A stretch of 22,248 nucleotides of DNA from Promethearchaeota archaeon (GCA_014728035.1 WJMJ01000171.1:1-22248), one strand, 5' to 3'. Positions 8,232 to 17,624 are shown, counted from the first letter of the stretch. A program made the numbers and translations. The notes: generated by a model not told the origin, from the sequence alone.

Positions 8232-8954
8232 ATGATTAGGGGTAAGAAACATAACACAAACAGAATTGTGCCCTTGGCAATAATGGTGCTATCGCTGATT
8301 ATGGCTTTCACATTCTGGTGGTCAAATGGAGTGTTAGCTATTCTACTGATGGTTGTTGCTTTAGCAAGCTGTGTCTTTTCTGCGTGTCAATTCACATTTG
8401 AACCAAGTGACGGACAAGTGATTGCAGTTCGTGCTTCTGATATCCAGCAGAGACGAGTGCGACCACGAAGGGACCCTTTTAGAGAAGAAACGATAGCTAT
8501 TGAAGAGATAATAGATTTAGAATCCGCAGATCCTGAAGAAAAAATTACAGATATTCAACAAGACTTGCCTGTAGAAATTATTGATGGAATCGGGCAATCT
8601 TATGGTTCCAGACTCAGAGAAATGAATATTGATATTGTAAAGAAAATGGTGACAGTACATCCAGAAGTAATAAAACAAATCTGCGAAGTAAATAGAGAAA
8701 CTGCCGAACACTGGATTGCTGATGCAAAATGTCTTATCAAAGGGGCTAGAATATACAGTATTTTGGAACTTGCCATGTCTGAACCAGCAGAAGTCCTTAT
8801 CAAAATTGAAAAAGCGATAGACAAAGGAAAATTGGACCTTCCGAATTCTTACGAGATTAATGAATGGAAAATCCGACAATGGATTGATACTGCAAATGAT
8901 ATCATGTCATCAATAAGCTCAGATGACTTTAGAAAATGGAAAGGTAAATCGTGA
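8232..8954 (+). CDS. N-terminally membrane-anchored helix-hairpin-helix (DUF4332-like) protein
   Basis: 240-aa ORF: two N-terminal TM segments, then 'IIDGIGQSYGSRLREMNIDIVKKMVTVHPEVIKQICEVNRETAEHWIADAKCLI'. Confidence 0.7.
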   Translation: MIRGKKHNTNRIVPLAIMVLSLIMAFTFWWSNGVLAILLMVVALASCVFSACQFTFEPSDGQVIAVRASDIQQRRVRPRRDPFREETIAIEEIIDLESADPEEKITDIQQDLPVEIIDGIGQSYGSRLREMNIDIVKKMVTVHPEVIKQICEVNRETAEHWIADAKCLIKGARIYSILELAMSEPAEVLIKIEKAIDKGKLDLPNSYEINEWKIRQWIDTANDIMSSISSDDFRKWKGKS

Positions 8955-9052
8955 ACCGGATTAGATTTTTTTGTATTAAATATATTCCACTACATAATGA
9001 ATAAAAGCCACACCCATTCTATTTCAAATCATCACTAGCGAGGTGATTAGGA

Positions 9053-9553
9053 ATGAATAAAGGGTGGTACATCAGACCTTTTGAGAGGAAAGATCTCCCT
9101 GATGTAGTCAAAGTCAACAAATCCTGTCTACCAGAAAATTACCCAAATCAATTCTTTTTGGGACTGTATCACCATGCCCCGAAAGCATTCCTAGTTGGTA
9201 TTGATAACGACAAATTAGCAGGATACATCATGTGCAGAATTGAAAGAGGGGTTTCATCTTTTGGAATAATGCCTGTGAAGAAGGGGCACATCGTATCTGT
9301 CGCTGTAATGGACATTCATAGAAGAAAAGGAATTGGATATGCTTTGATACGAAAAGGCATGGCTGCCATGTCAGAGTATGGAGTCAGTGAATATTTCCTC
9401 GAAGTCAGAAAATCCAATAATGCAGCTATTGGAGTATATGAAAAGCTTGGATTTAGCATCAAAAGAGTCCTTAAAGGGTATTATCGCGATGGTGAAGATG
9501 CCTACCTAATGGCCAGAAAAAGCATCAAAGACGAACCTATTGAGAGTGAGTGA
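9053..9553 (+). CDS. rimI: GNAT-family N-acetyltransferase, RimI/archaeal Naa10-like
   Basis: 166-aa ORF with 'AVMDIHRRKGIGYALIRKGMAAM' acetyl-CoA loop, 'EVRKSNNAAIGVYEKLGFSIKRVLKGYYRDGEDAYLM'. Confidence 0.85.
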   Translation: MNKGWYIRPFERKDLPDVVKVNKSCLPENYPNQFFLGLYHHAPKAFLVGIDNDKLAGYIMCRIERGVSSFGIMPVKKGHIVSVAVMDIHRRKGIGYALIRKGMAAMSEYGVSEYFLEVRKSNNAAIGVYEKLGFSIKRVLKGYYRDGEDAYLMARKSIKDEPIESE

Positions 9554-10472
9554 ATTGAGTCAGGGCCCAATCCGTGTACCACTAATCCCAAAATGTTCAG
9601 CTTGTATCATGGATAGTCTTACCACACTAGTTCCTATGCTCACAGATAATGAACAAGAACAATTCCGTCTATTCAAATTAGCATTTCACAAGCTTTCAGA
9701 AGGCTATGAGCAAAAAATAGAACCAGCACCACTCTCAATAGAGCTTTATCAGATGTTATACTCAGAGGCAAAAGTCAAGGACCCATACAAAGAGATTAAG
9801 GAAATTAGTACTGAAGCGGCAAAGCAAGTACTACCCTCAATTGAAAAGTTGATCAATAAATTGGATGATTATGAAAAATTACGAGCTTGTATTGCAGCTG
9901 CCATTACTGGGAATGTCATAGATTTCAACACTGCTGGGCACCGACCCGATTTTGATTCTCTAGAGAGTCAGTTCCAAGATATATTGAATCAAGGATTTGT
10001 TTTAGATGACTCTCAAGAACTATGGTGGGCAATCAAAGCCCAGAAAGGAATAGTCGTTTTCCTAGGTGATAATGCTGGTGAAACGTTATTCGATATTCCA
10101 CTTCTTAGACTCTTCAAAAATCATGGATGGAGAATTATCTATGTCGTGAAAGGAAGACCCATGATAAACGATGCAACTGAGGAGGACATTCAAAGTACCG
10201 AGATTGAAGAACTTGCGGAGATACAGAACACAGGCGCTTGGGCTCATGGAGTACCTGCCAAAATGGTAAGTCGTGACTTTCTTGATATCATTTCAGGCTC
10301 TGATCTTGTTATTTCAAAAGGGCAAGCAAACATTGAAACCTTTCCAGAGATTCAAAGAGAGCTTAAAGTCGAGACCTATTATATATCCCGAGCAAAATGT
10401 ACACACATATCTCAAGCAGTTGGAGCATCGAAAGGAGAAAATATTGTGCTAAGAAGACCAGCTACAGAATAG
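9540..10472 (+). CDS. DUF89/ARMT1-like metal-dependent phosphatase family protein
   Basis: 310-aa ORF; N-terminal 'PKCSACIMDSL', 'VVFLGDNAGETLFDIPLLRLF', 'SRDFLDIISGSDLVISKGQANIETF'. Start codon uncertain (TTG at 9540, GTG at 9546 or later). Confidence 0.85.
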   Translation: MRVSELSQGPIRVPLIPKCSACIMDSLTTLVPMLTDNEQEQFRLFKLAFHKLSEGYEQKIEPAPLSIELYQMLYSEAKVKDPYKEIKEISTEAAKQVLPSIEKLINKLDDYEKLRACIAAAITGNVIDFNTAGHRPDFDSLESQFQDILNQGFVLDDSQELWWAIKAQKGIVVFLGDNAGETLFDIPLLRLFKNHGWRIIYVVKGRPMINDATEEDIQSTEIEELAEIQNTGAWAHGVPAKMVSRDFLDIISGSDLVISKGQANIETFPEIQRELKVETYYISRAKCTHISQAVGASKGENIVLRRPATE

Positions 10473-10497
10473 ATTGCAGGACTGAGAAGATTTTTAT

Positions 10498-10520
10498 CCA
10501 AGTAGGCTTGACTTGGTTTT
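10498..10520 (+). terminator. possible intrinsic-terminator-like hairpin
   Basis: CCAAGT(10498-10503)-N7-ACTTGG(10511-10516)-TTTT downstream of the DUF89 gene. Confidence 0.35.
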
Positions 10521-10645
10521 GTGGTAGTCATTATCTTAGCATCCTTTTGAAAAAACTTAAATGTGATTCCAACACCGAAGTGCATGTACAGTTTTATCAG
10601 AACCTAGATATAAGATAAGGCTAGGTTTATGGAGGAACTAGATAA

Positions 10646-12286
10646 ATGAGTCAGCAAGTACCCGTTCTCGTACTTAGAGAGGACACAGAAAGAACCCGAG
10701 GCCGCGATGCTCAAAGAAACAACATCATGGCTGCAGTAGTAATTGCAGAAGCAGTCAAGAGCGCGCTAGGTCCTAAGGGTATGGATAAGATGCTAGTCGA
10801 TTCCTTTGGCGACATTACTGTAAGTAATGATGGCGCAACTATATTGAAAGAGATGGACGTAGCACATCCAGCAGCAAAGATGATTATTGAGGTCGCAAAG
10901 ACCGTAGACGCAGAAGTTGGTGACGGAACCACCACTTCAGCAATTCTAGCAGGAGACTTACTACGAAAGGCCGAAGAGCTTCTCGATCAGAAGATTCATC
11001 CAACAACAATCATTAGTGGCTACAGGAAAGCAACTGAGAAAGCTCTAGAAGTTGTAGATTCCGTCGCTGAGAAGGTGGACCCGGCAGCAAGTACTTACAA
11101 GAAGATACTTATGGATGTTGCAAAGACTTCGATGTCTAGCAAGTTTGTTTCAAACTATAGAGACCACCTTGCAGAGCTAGTTGTTAATGCAGTTCTTGCA
11201 ATTGCAAAAGACAAAGAACCAGGCGCAGAGATTGACATCGGGGATATCCCAAGGCAGAAGCAAGAGGGATTAGGTGTTGATACCACCATGATGGTTGAAG
11301 GTCTTGTTTTGGATAAAGAGATTGTTCATCCTGGAATGCCAACTAAAGCAGAAAAAGCAAAGATTGCCCTACTTGAGTGCCCATTAGAAGTGACTAAAAC
11401 TGAATTTGATGCAAAGATTGCAATATCAGACCCATCCTCAATGCAGAGCTTCCTTGATCAAGAGGAAAGCATGTTGAAAGAGATGGTGGATCAGATTGTC
11501 GCAACTGGTGCAAATGTTGTCATTGCCCAGAAGGGAATTGATGACGTTGTCCAACACTATCTTGCAAAGAATGGCATTCTAGCAGTCCGACGAATCAAGA
11601 AGTCAGACATTGAGCGAATTCACAAGACCACCGGAGCTTCAATTGTTTCAAAGATCAAGAACCTATCAAAGGAAGATCTTGGCACCGCAAAGGTTGTTGA
11701 ACAGAAGAAGGTTGGAGATGACAAGATGCTCTTTATCGAGGGGACTCCTAAATCCTCAAGCGTTACTATTCTTGTCAGAGGTGGAACTGACCACATCGTT
11801 GATGAGGTCGACCGTGCACTGAATGATGCACTCTATGTTGTCAGAGACGTAGTCATGCATCCATACGTAACTTATGGCGGTGGTGCATTAGCTAGTCAGA
11901 TTTCAAAGCAACTCAGAGATTTCGCTTCAAGCCTTGAAGGACGTGAACAATATGCAGTCAATGCATACGCAGATGCTGTTGAATCACTACCAATCACCCT
12001 CGCTGAAAACGCAGGATTGGACCCAATTGACATCATGGTTCAACTACGTTCAGCTCACACTGAAGGTAAAGCTACCCATGGTCTCAGCATTGAAAAAGGC
12101 AAAGTCGCAGACATGAAAAAAGCTAGAGTCACTGAATCTGCTCTTGTCAACAGACAAATCATTATGTCAGCTGCAGAAGCTGCCCAGATGATTTTGAAGA
12201 TTGATGATGTGATCTCAAGTAAAGGTGGCGGTGGAATGCCCGGTGGAGATATGCCAGGCGGCCCCGGCGACATGGACGACGAATAA
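10646..12286 (+). CDS. ths: thermosome subunit (group II chaperonin, CCT/TCP-1 family)
   Basis: 546-aa ORF; '[32 protein letters not shown]', '[16 protein letters not shown]', C-terminal '[20 protein letters not shown]'; GGAGG upstream of the ATG. Confidence 0.98.
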   Translation: MSQQVPVLVLREDTERTRGRDAQRNNIMAAVVIAEAVKSALGPKGMDKMLVDSFGDITVSNDGATILKEMDVAHPAAKMIIEVAKTVDAEVGDGTTTSAILAGDLLRKAEELLDQKIHPTTIISGYRKATEKALEVVDSVAEKVDPAASTYKKILMDVAKTSMSSKFVSNYRDHLAELVVNAVLAIAKDKEPGAEIDIGDIPRQKQEGLGVDTTMMVEGLVLDKEIVHPGMPTKAEKAKIALLECPLEVTKTEFDAKIAISDPSSMQSFLDQEESMLKEMVDQIVATGANVVIAQKGIDDVVQHYLAKNGILAVRRIKKSDIERIHKTTGASIVSKIKNLSKEDLGTAKVVEQKKVGDDKMLFIEGTPKSSSVTILVRGGTDHIVDEVDRALNDALYVVRDVVMHPYVTYGGGALASQISKQLRDFASSLEGREQYAVNAYADAVESLPITLAENAGLDPIDIMVQLRSAHTEGKATHGLSIEKGKVADMKKARVTESALVNRQIIMSAAEAAQMILKIDDVISSKGGGGMPGGDMPGGPGDMDDE

Positions 12287-12303
12287 TCTAACATCACAGA
12301 CAC

Positions 12304-12354
12304 AGGATTCTGTTCGTGAACCAAACACGAATGAATCCTTTCTATTTCTTTTTT
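12304..12354 (+). terminator. intrinsic-terminator-like hairpin downstream of thermosome
   Basis: AGGATTC(12304-12310)..TTCGTG(12313-12318)-AACCAAA-CACGAA(12326-12331)..GAATCCT(12333-12339), then T-rich TTCTATTTCTTTTTT. Confidence 0.6.
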
Positions 12355-12449
12355 GGATAGGTAGTAATTGCTCTTCTTGCATGATTCCTATGAAATAGGA
12401 TAAGAATTCATCTAACGAGTTTCAAAATAGTTGTTGATGAAATTCTTAG

Positions 12450-13073
12450 TTAACTATCAGCAATGTCAGACTCGATCTCTTCTAGAAGTGATTCGTACTC
12501 TTTTCGCTGTTCGGCGCTGATATATGATAGAGTTGTGAATTTCTGCATAGCTTCCAGATAGAGCGGATTTTCGCTTATTAATCGGGCTTTACAAGCTCTC
12601 TCATTTTCTTTATGTTCACTAATTTTCTTTTTGCTGATAGGTGTGAGGATAATAATCCCAATAAGGGAGCCGAAGATAATCAATTGGATATAGAGATTGG
12701 AAGCTAATTCTGGAGAAATGATGATATTGATTATGAAGACGATAATCACTGCTACTAATAGCGACCCAAGGATGAGATAATTATCAAACGGGTTTTGCTG
12801 ATAGCTGGTTTCTTTTACAACTGTAATATATTCTAATACACCCCTATCGTTTAGCTCATCTATCTCCCACGGATTCATCCATACCCAATACTTATCGTGA
12901 TGATCCATGACATAATAAGGATCTTTCTCCGAATCATCATATCTTCTTACTCGTTTTACCCGAAACCGCTGAAATTTATCTGAATCGTGAAGAATTTCTT
13001 CTACTCTTTTACAGCGTTCGTCTAAATAAAAAGACCCAAACGAAAGGTCCGAAATTTCTATTTCAACCTTCAA
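12450..13073 (-). CDS. uncharacterised protein with soluble N-terminal domain and two central TM segments
   Basis: 207-aa ORF; TM segments YLILGSLLVAVIIVFIINIII and LYIQLIIFGSLIGIIIL; charged coiled C-terminus. Confidence 0.7.
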   Translation of the reverse strand: MKVEIEISDLSFGSFYLDERCKRVEEILHDSDKFQRFRVKRVRRYDDSEKDPYYVMDHHDKYWVWMNPWEIDELNDRGVLEYITVVKETSYQQNPFDNYLILGSLLVAVIIVFIINIIISPELASNLYIQLIIFGSLIGIIILTPISKKKISEHKENERACKARLISENPLYLEAMQKFTTLSYISAEQRKEYESLLEEIESDIADS

Positions 13074-13192
13074 TAATACTCATCAATAGATGAACTTTAT
13101 CGAAAGGATATTAGAGTTTCCATAAAAATCTCAATACCGCTTTAAGAGAAGACTTTTATGGGCGTCGAAAAGCTTTTCTTTTCATAGTTTTG

Positions 13193-13226
13193 CAGGACCT
13201 AGCTGGAATACCGTAAGCTGGTTCTG
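13193..13226. other. imperfect hairpin in 402-bp intergenic region, possible structured RNA or protein-binding site
   Basis: CAGGACC-(t)-AGCT / AGCT-GGTTCTG stem: 11 bp including one G-T pair, one bulged T, 11-nt loop. Confidence 0.3.
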
Positions 13227-13475
13227 TGGAGGAATCAATCGATGAGTTGGTGCGCGAGCAAAGTATCTCAATATGAAGATAGAAAAAGATTCATGGCAAC
13301 CTGTTTTCTAATTCATATTTCAAACATCAATTTCATTTACTGTCAATCAAAGAAAACAGCTGAAGTGGAGGAAGAAGTATTCCCAACCACACTTTCAAGA
13401 TATTTCAAGCACATTTGATGACAAATTCGAAAACTAATAGAAAGAGTCAAACGGGATAAATAACGGGTGTAATTC

Positions 13476-14135
13476 ATGTCAGAAGGCTCAAAGTCCGATA
13501 AGAAAAAGAAAAAGGAGCTAACCGAGGAGCAACGCAAAAAGCTTCTCACTTACGTTCCAGGAGTGGGACCAAAAACAGCTGAAAAGCTCACTGAAGCAGG
13601 GTACGACGAATTAGACGTTCTTGTGAAAGCGGATCCAGAGGCACTTGCGGAAGCTGTCACAGGATTGAGCGTTCCCAAAGCTGAAGGAGTTATATCTGAA
13701 GCTGTCATTCTCAAGAAACTCATTGATGATGGAAAAATGGATCCAACTTCTCCACGAAGACGTAGAAGAAGAGCTCCTGAGCCAGACCCCGATCTCCATG
13801 AACTCCCACCAGCGCAGAAGATTGAAAGTCCAGAAGAAATCACTTCTATTGAAACTGGTCTTGAAATAGAACGAAAAGAGATGGGAATTCCTGCTGGACC
13901 AAAATGGCTCACACGATTTGAACGAGCAAGAATTGTTGGGGCTCGTGCTTTGCAAATATCAATGGGTGCTCCTGTATTGGTTGATATGACTGCTACTTCA
14001 AAAGAAGTATTCGCACTAGCTGAGAATGAATTGAAAAGTGGTGTACTTCCAATGACCGTTCGTAGATCGCTCCCTACTGGTGAAACTTTCGACATCCCAT
14101 TAAAAGTACTTCTTGAAAATACGAGACTGGATTGA
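13476..14135 (+). CDS. rpo6: DNA-directed RNA polymerase subunit Rpo6/RpoK (Rpb6/omega) domain fused to an N-terminal helix-hairpin-helix region
   Basis: 219-aa ORF; aa about 143-202 '[28 protein letters not shown]...[23 protein letters not shown]' is a canonical archaeal Rpo6 core; aa about 20-80 '[39 protein letters not shown]' is HhH-like; aa 93-101 PRRRRRRAP. Confidence 0.9.
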   Translation: MSEGSKSDKKKKKELTEEQRKKLLTYVPGVGPKTAEKLTEAGYDELDVLVKADPEALAEAVTGLSVPKAEGVISEAVILKKLIDDGKMDPTSPRRRRRRAPEPDPDLHELPPAQKIESPEEITSIETGLEIERKEMGIPAGPKWLTRFERARIVGARALQISMGAPVLVDMTATSKEVFALAENELKSGVLPMTVRRSLPTGETFDIPLKVLLENTRLD

Positions 14136-14225
14136 TTCAGTCTCATTCCATTCTTTTTTGATTCCGTAACAAAACTGCTTAAATGATAGCTATGAATAAT
14201 ATTTTGGTCCCGAAGGTATGAAAGT

Positions 14226-15563
14226 ATGCAAGAGTTGTTCCTTAGTCCAGATTTAGTAATTCGCATTCTCCTTGGATTTGCTGTAGGAGCTTTGATTGGA
14301 TTAGAGAGACAAAAAAGGATGAGGGACGATCATTCATTAGGAGTTAGAACATTCGGTCTTCACAGTTTATTAGGATGTCTTGCAGCTTACTCATTTACAA
14401 TATCGGGAAACGCCCTAGTATTGATTTATGCTACTGCAGTTTCGTTGATTATCCTAGCAGCACAGGTTTTCTACAAACTTTTCCGTACGATGCGAAAGGG
14501 AATGACTACAACAATAGTATTTGCCTTGTCATTTGTACTAGGTGCCTTAGTGGGGCTAGATTCAGTGCCGGTTGCACCCAATATCATAGGACCACTCCAG
14601 CTACTCTCAATGACAATTTCCTTCATGGTCTTTTTGGTATTAGGATTCAAAGAAGAACTTGCCTCAGCGGTCGCTATGGTAGAACGGGATGAATTAATCA
14701 GTGCAGCGGAGCTTGGTGTGATTATTCTATTTCTATGGCCGCTTATTCCACAGTCAGTACAAATCGGTCCAATCGAATTCCCGATTTTTCAAATCTATAT
14801 CCTTGTGGTTATCCTTCTATCAATCAGTTTTGCAAATTATATCCTCGTAAAGAAATACAAGGATAAAGGAACCTATTTCTTCGGCTTGTTTGGAGGATTT
14901 GCCAATAGTGAAGCAACGGTTTCTAGTTTGACAGATTTCCACTGTAGAACAGGAAGAAAACATCCGGATAGGATTGCACTTTCTTCTATGTTTGCAAACT
15001 TAGCTATGGTTATCAGAAATGCAGCATTGATATTATTAATAGATCCAACGATTGCAATTCTCCGCTTCTATGCAGTTCCCGTGATAATTCTTGTTGGTCT
15101 CGGACTAATCAGAGGCCTTATGGTGAGACGTTCCAATATTATCGAGGAGAAAGAGGAAGAAGAAGAGATTGATACAACCAAAATCTCACCATTTGAGTTC
15201 TCAGCTGCGCTGAGATTTGCTGTTGTATTTACTGGAGTGTCCCTGATTTCACTTTTCCTTCAAGAATTCTTTAGTGATGCGGGTATTATTTTGGCAGCAA
15301 TTGTGGGTGGCTTCGCTTCAGCAGGAGCAGTTGTAGCAGTTGCAGCAATTGCATTCTCAAGCGGGACAATTGTTTTATCTACTGCAGTGTTTGCTGTCAT
15401 TATAGCTACAACAATGTCAGTACTAAACAAGATCATCTATGTGTTTGCTACAGACAGAGACCCGGTTCTGGCGAAAAAGGTCGCAATGGATTCTTTGACA
15501 CTAGCTGCAGGAGTCGTAATTTATTTACTAGTACTTGCTTCAGGTTTAATACACATAGTATAG
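14226..15563 (+). CDS. MgtC/SapB-family + DUF4010 integral membrane protein
   Basis: 445-aa polytopic ORF; 'RILLGFAVGALIGLERQKR...LGVRTFGLHSLLG', 'ALSFVLGALVG', 'GLFGGFANSEATVSSL', 'GGFASAGAVVAVAAIAF'. Start site approximate. Confidence 0.85.
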   Translation: MQELFLSPDLVIRILLGFAVGALIGLERQKRMRDDHSLGVRTFGLHSLLGCLAAYSFTISGNALVLIYATAVSLIILAAQVFYKLFRTMRKGMTTTIVFALSFVLGALVGLDSVPVAPNIIGPLQLLSMTISFMVFLVLGFKEELASAVAMVERDELISAAELGVIILFLWPLIPQSVQIGPIEFPIFQIYILVVILLSISFANYILVKKYKDKGTYFFGLFGGFANSEATVSSLTDFHCRTGRKHPDRIALSSMFANLAMVIRNAALILLIDPTIAILRFYAVPVIILVGLGLIRGLMVRRSNIIEEKEEEEEIDTTKISPFEFSAALRFAVVFTGVSLISLFLQEFFSDAGIILAAIVGGFASAGAVVAVAAIAFSSGTIVLSTAVFAVIIATTMSVLNKIIYVFATDRDPVLAKKVAMDSLTLAAGVVIYLLVLASGLIHIV

Positions 15564-15668
15564 AATGGACGTATAATGATTCTGATCAGCATTTTTCTAT
15601 TGTGGCAAATGATTCATAAAGAATCACAAACACAATGGAGCTAATTAAGATGAGGATATTGTGTGAAT

Positions 15669-16091
15669 ATGACAAGGCATTCGGATCTTATTAGATATGC
15701 AAGAGATTCAATTGAAGCAAGCACACACCAAAATGATATGCATCCTTTCTCATTTTATAATTGTGAGGTATGTAACAAAAGCAGGCCATTTGAACTGGTA
15801 ATACGATATGATACAGAAGAGTCAATTTTACCAATACAGAGCCTTGTTGGACATATCCAAGGAAGATGTGGTGTCTGTGGAAAAACAACTCTGTTACTTA
15901 GCAATACAGAAGATGATGATACTGAAAGATCAATTAGACCAACATGTGCATGTGGGAATAACCAATTTGTTGTAGGCATGTGTGAAAGAATTCAGGGAGA
16001 GAAAGGGATTCCGGGCCTTTTTGAAAAAAGAGTAATTGTTGCTAAATGTTCCAAGTGTAAAAATATTCAGACAATAGCTTATACCGAGTGA
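15669..16091 (+). CDS. uncharacterised protein with four Cys-pair zinc knuckles (two probable zinc ribbons)
   Basis: CEVC, CGVC, CAC and CSKC motifs in about 140 aa; ATG at 15669 preferred over the track's GTG start at 15663. Confidence 0.65.
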   Translation: MTRHSDLIRYARDSIEASTHQNDMHPFSFYNCEVCNKSRPFELVIRYDTEESILPIQSLVGHIQGRCGVCGKTTLLLSNTEDDDTERSIRPTCACGNNQFVVGMCERIQGEKGIPGLFEKRVIVAKCSKCKNIQTIAYTE

Positions 16092-16241
16092 TTTCGTAAG
16101 ACTTATACTTAGAGTATGATGAGAATTTTTTGGTGACAATATGATAGCCGGTGGCTTAGTTCATCAATTGGAATAAACTATTTAGTGATAGTAAGGCTAC
16201 CCGCATGTGTTACCGGAACGAATTCTGGAGCTATATCAACG

Positions 16242-17552
16242 ATGAGTGAAATGAGAACAGTACGTGGTATGAGAGACCTTATGGGTTCTGAAATGCGAGT
16301 CAAAGACTATTTGGTTCAAACAGTCACTGAAGTCTTCCAGTTATTCGGATACGAGTCATTAGATTCTCCGGTAATGGAATTGTGGGACACTCTCTCTGCG
16401 AAAGGTGGAGAGGAAGTTGAAGCAGAAGTATTCAAATTCAAAGACAAAGGCGACAGAGAAATTGGAATGCGGTTTGATTTAACCGTACCACTTGCGCGAA
16501 TTGTATCGTCTAATCCACATCTTCCAAAACCATTCAAACGATATGCTGTGGGAAAAGCATGGAGGTATGATAGACCCCAAGCAGGTAGATATCGGGAATT
16601 CATGCAGGCTGATGTTGATGTGATTGGATCTAACAGCCCAGTAGCTGATGCTGAGGTCGTATTAGTAGCACTTGAAGCACTTCGCAGGCTTTTAGGTAGC
16701 GAATATCGAGTCAGAATCAACAGCAGAAAAGTGCTGAAAGGTTTGACCGAGAGTGCTGGAGTACCTGATAATCTTGCATTTGAATGCTTTAGAGCAATCG
16801 ATAAGCTTGACAAGATAGGTCAAGGAGGAGTTATGGAGGAACTCGAAGAGAGGGGTATTGGAGATTCACAAAGTCAATACCTTCTTGATGCCATTACTCT
16901 CCATGGAAGTGGTTCGACTATTCTTGAGGAATTCATGAATGTAATGAAAGGCTCTATAATAGGAGAAGAAGGAGTCAAAGAACTTGAGGTTATGGCGAAC
17001 ATTTTTGACGAGTGTGATCTATCCGACCAAATAAGATTTGACCTATCATTAGCACGAGGTCTCGACTACTACACAGGACCAGTCTTTGAGGTTTCATATC
17101 TTGGAGAACCACAAGTTGGTTCAATCGGTGGTGGAGGAAGATACGATCATTTAATAGAAAAATTTGGGGGGCCTTCAACTCCAGCAACAGGAATATCTCT
17201 GGGTATTGACCGGCTTCTAGATATTCTACTTGCTAGAAAAGTTGACGACAAAATGGAATCCCCCATAAGTGTGTTTATCGCACCAATAAAACAACCGATG
17301 GTCAAATATGGAATGAAAATTCGGGAACAATTGGTCAAAGTAGGAATACCTTGTGAGATAGACCTGATGGACAGACCACTTGGGAAATTACTCAGTCTCG
17401 CAGATGATAGAGGTGCAAGTTATACAATAATTATTGGAAACAGGGATCTCAAAAAGAACGAAGTGTCTCTACGAGACATGTCAACCAAGGAGACCGAACA
17501 AGTACAGATTGAGAACATCATTCCTAGAATGAAAAGTTTACTTGGAAAATAA
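16242..17552 (+). CDS. hisS: histidine--tRNA ligase
   Basis: 'TVRGMRDLMGSEMRVKDYL', 'LPKPFKRYAVGKAWRYDRPQAGRYREFMQADVDVIG', 'LDYYTGPVFEV', 'SIGGGGRYDHLI'; ATG at 16242 gives the expected N-terminus (the ORF track's upstream GTG at 16185 adds 19 aa of unlikely sequence). Confidence 0.97.
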   Translation: MSEMRTVRGMRDLMGSEMRVKDYLVQTVTEVFQLFGYESLDSPVMELWDTLSAKGGEEVEAEVFKFKDKGDREIGMRFDLTVPLARIVSSNPHLPKPFKRYAVGKAWRYDRPQAGRYREFMQADVDVIGSNSPVADAEVVLVALEALRRLLGSEYRVRINSRKVLKGLTESAGVPDNLAFECFRAIDKLDKIGQGGVMEELEERGIGDSQSQYLLDAITLHGSGSTILEEFMNVMKGSIIGEEGVKELEVMANIFDECDLSDQIRFDLSLARGLDYYTGPVFEVSYLGEPQVGSIGGGGRYDHLIEKFGGPSTPATGISLGIDRLLDILLARKVDDKMESPISVFIAPIKQPMVKYGMKIREQLVKVGIPCEIDLMDRPLGKLLSLADDRGASYTIIIGNRDLKKNEVSLRDMSTKETEQVQIENIIPRMKSLLGK

Positions 17553-17602
17553 TTGGGACTTTGAGCAGTCCACTGACTGCTCTCTTTCCCAAAGCCTTTT
17601 TT
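17553..17602 (+). terminator. intrinsic-terminator-like hairpin downstream of hisS
   Basis: TTGGGA(17553-17558)..GAGCAGT(17563-17569)-CCACTG-ACTGCTC(17576-17582)..TCCCAA(17587-17592)-AGCC-TTTTTT. Confidence 0.65.
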
Positions 17603-17624
17603 CATATCTTGTGATAAGTAATAT

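Noticed and set aside
10397-10618. 73-aa plus-strand ORF between the DUF89 and thermosome genes
   Set aside because: Overlaps the 3' end of the DUF89 gene in another frame and covers the terminator-like and thermosome promoter region.
13550-14266. 238-aa minus-strand ORF antisense to the Rpo6 fusion gene
   Set aside because: Low-complexity Ser-rich shadow ORF; the plus strand encodes a canonical Rpo6 domain.
16143-16240. tRNA-like sequence (GCCGGTGGCTTAGTTC ... TTACCGGAACGAATTCTGG) upstream of hisS
   Set aside because: The start resembles a tRNA 5' end with D-arm, but I could not form a D-stem, a standard T-arm (no GGTTCRA..) or a 7-bp acceptor stem in register. tRNAscan-SE would settle it.
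16185-16241. 19-aa N-terminal extension of hisS in the ORF track
   Set aside because: It starts from GTG, has no similarity to HisRS N-termini, and the ATG at 16242 gives the standard MSEMRTVRGMRD start.
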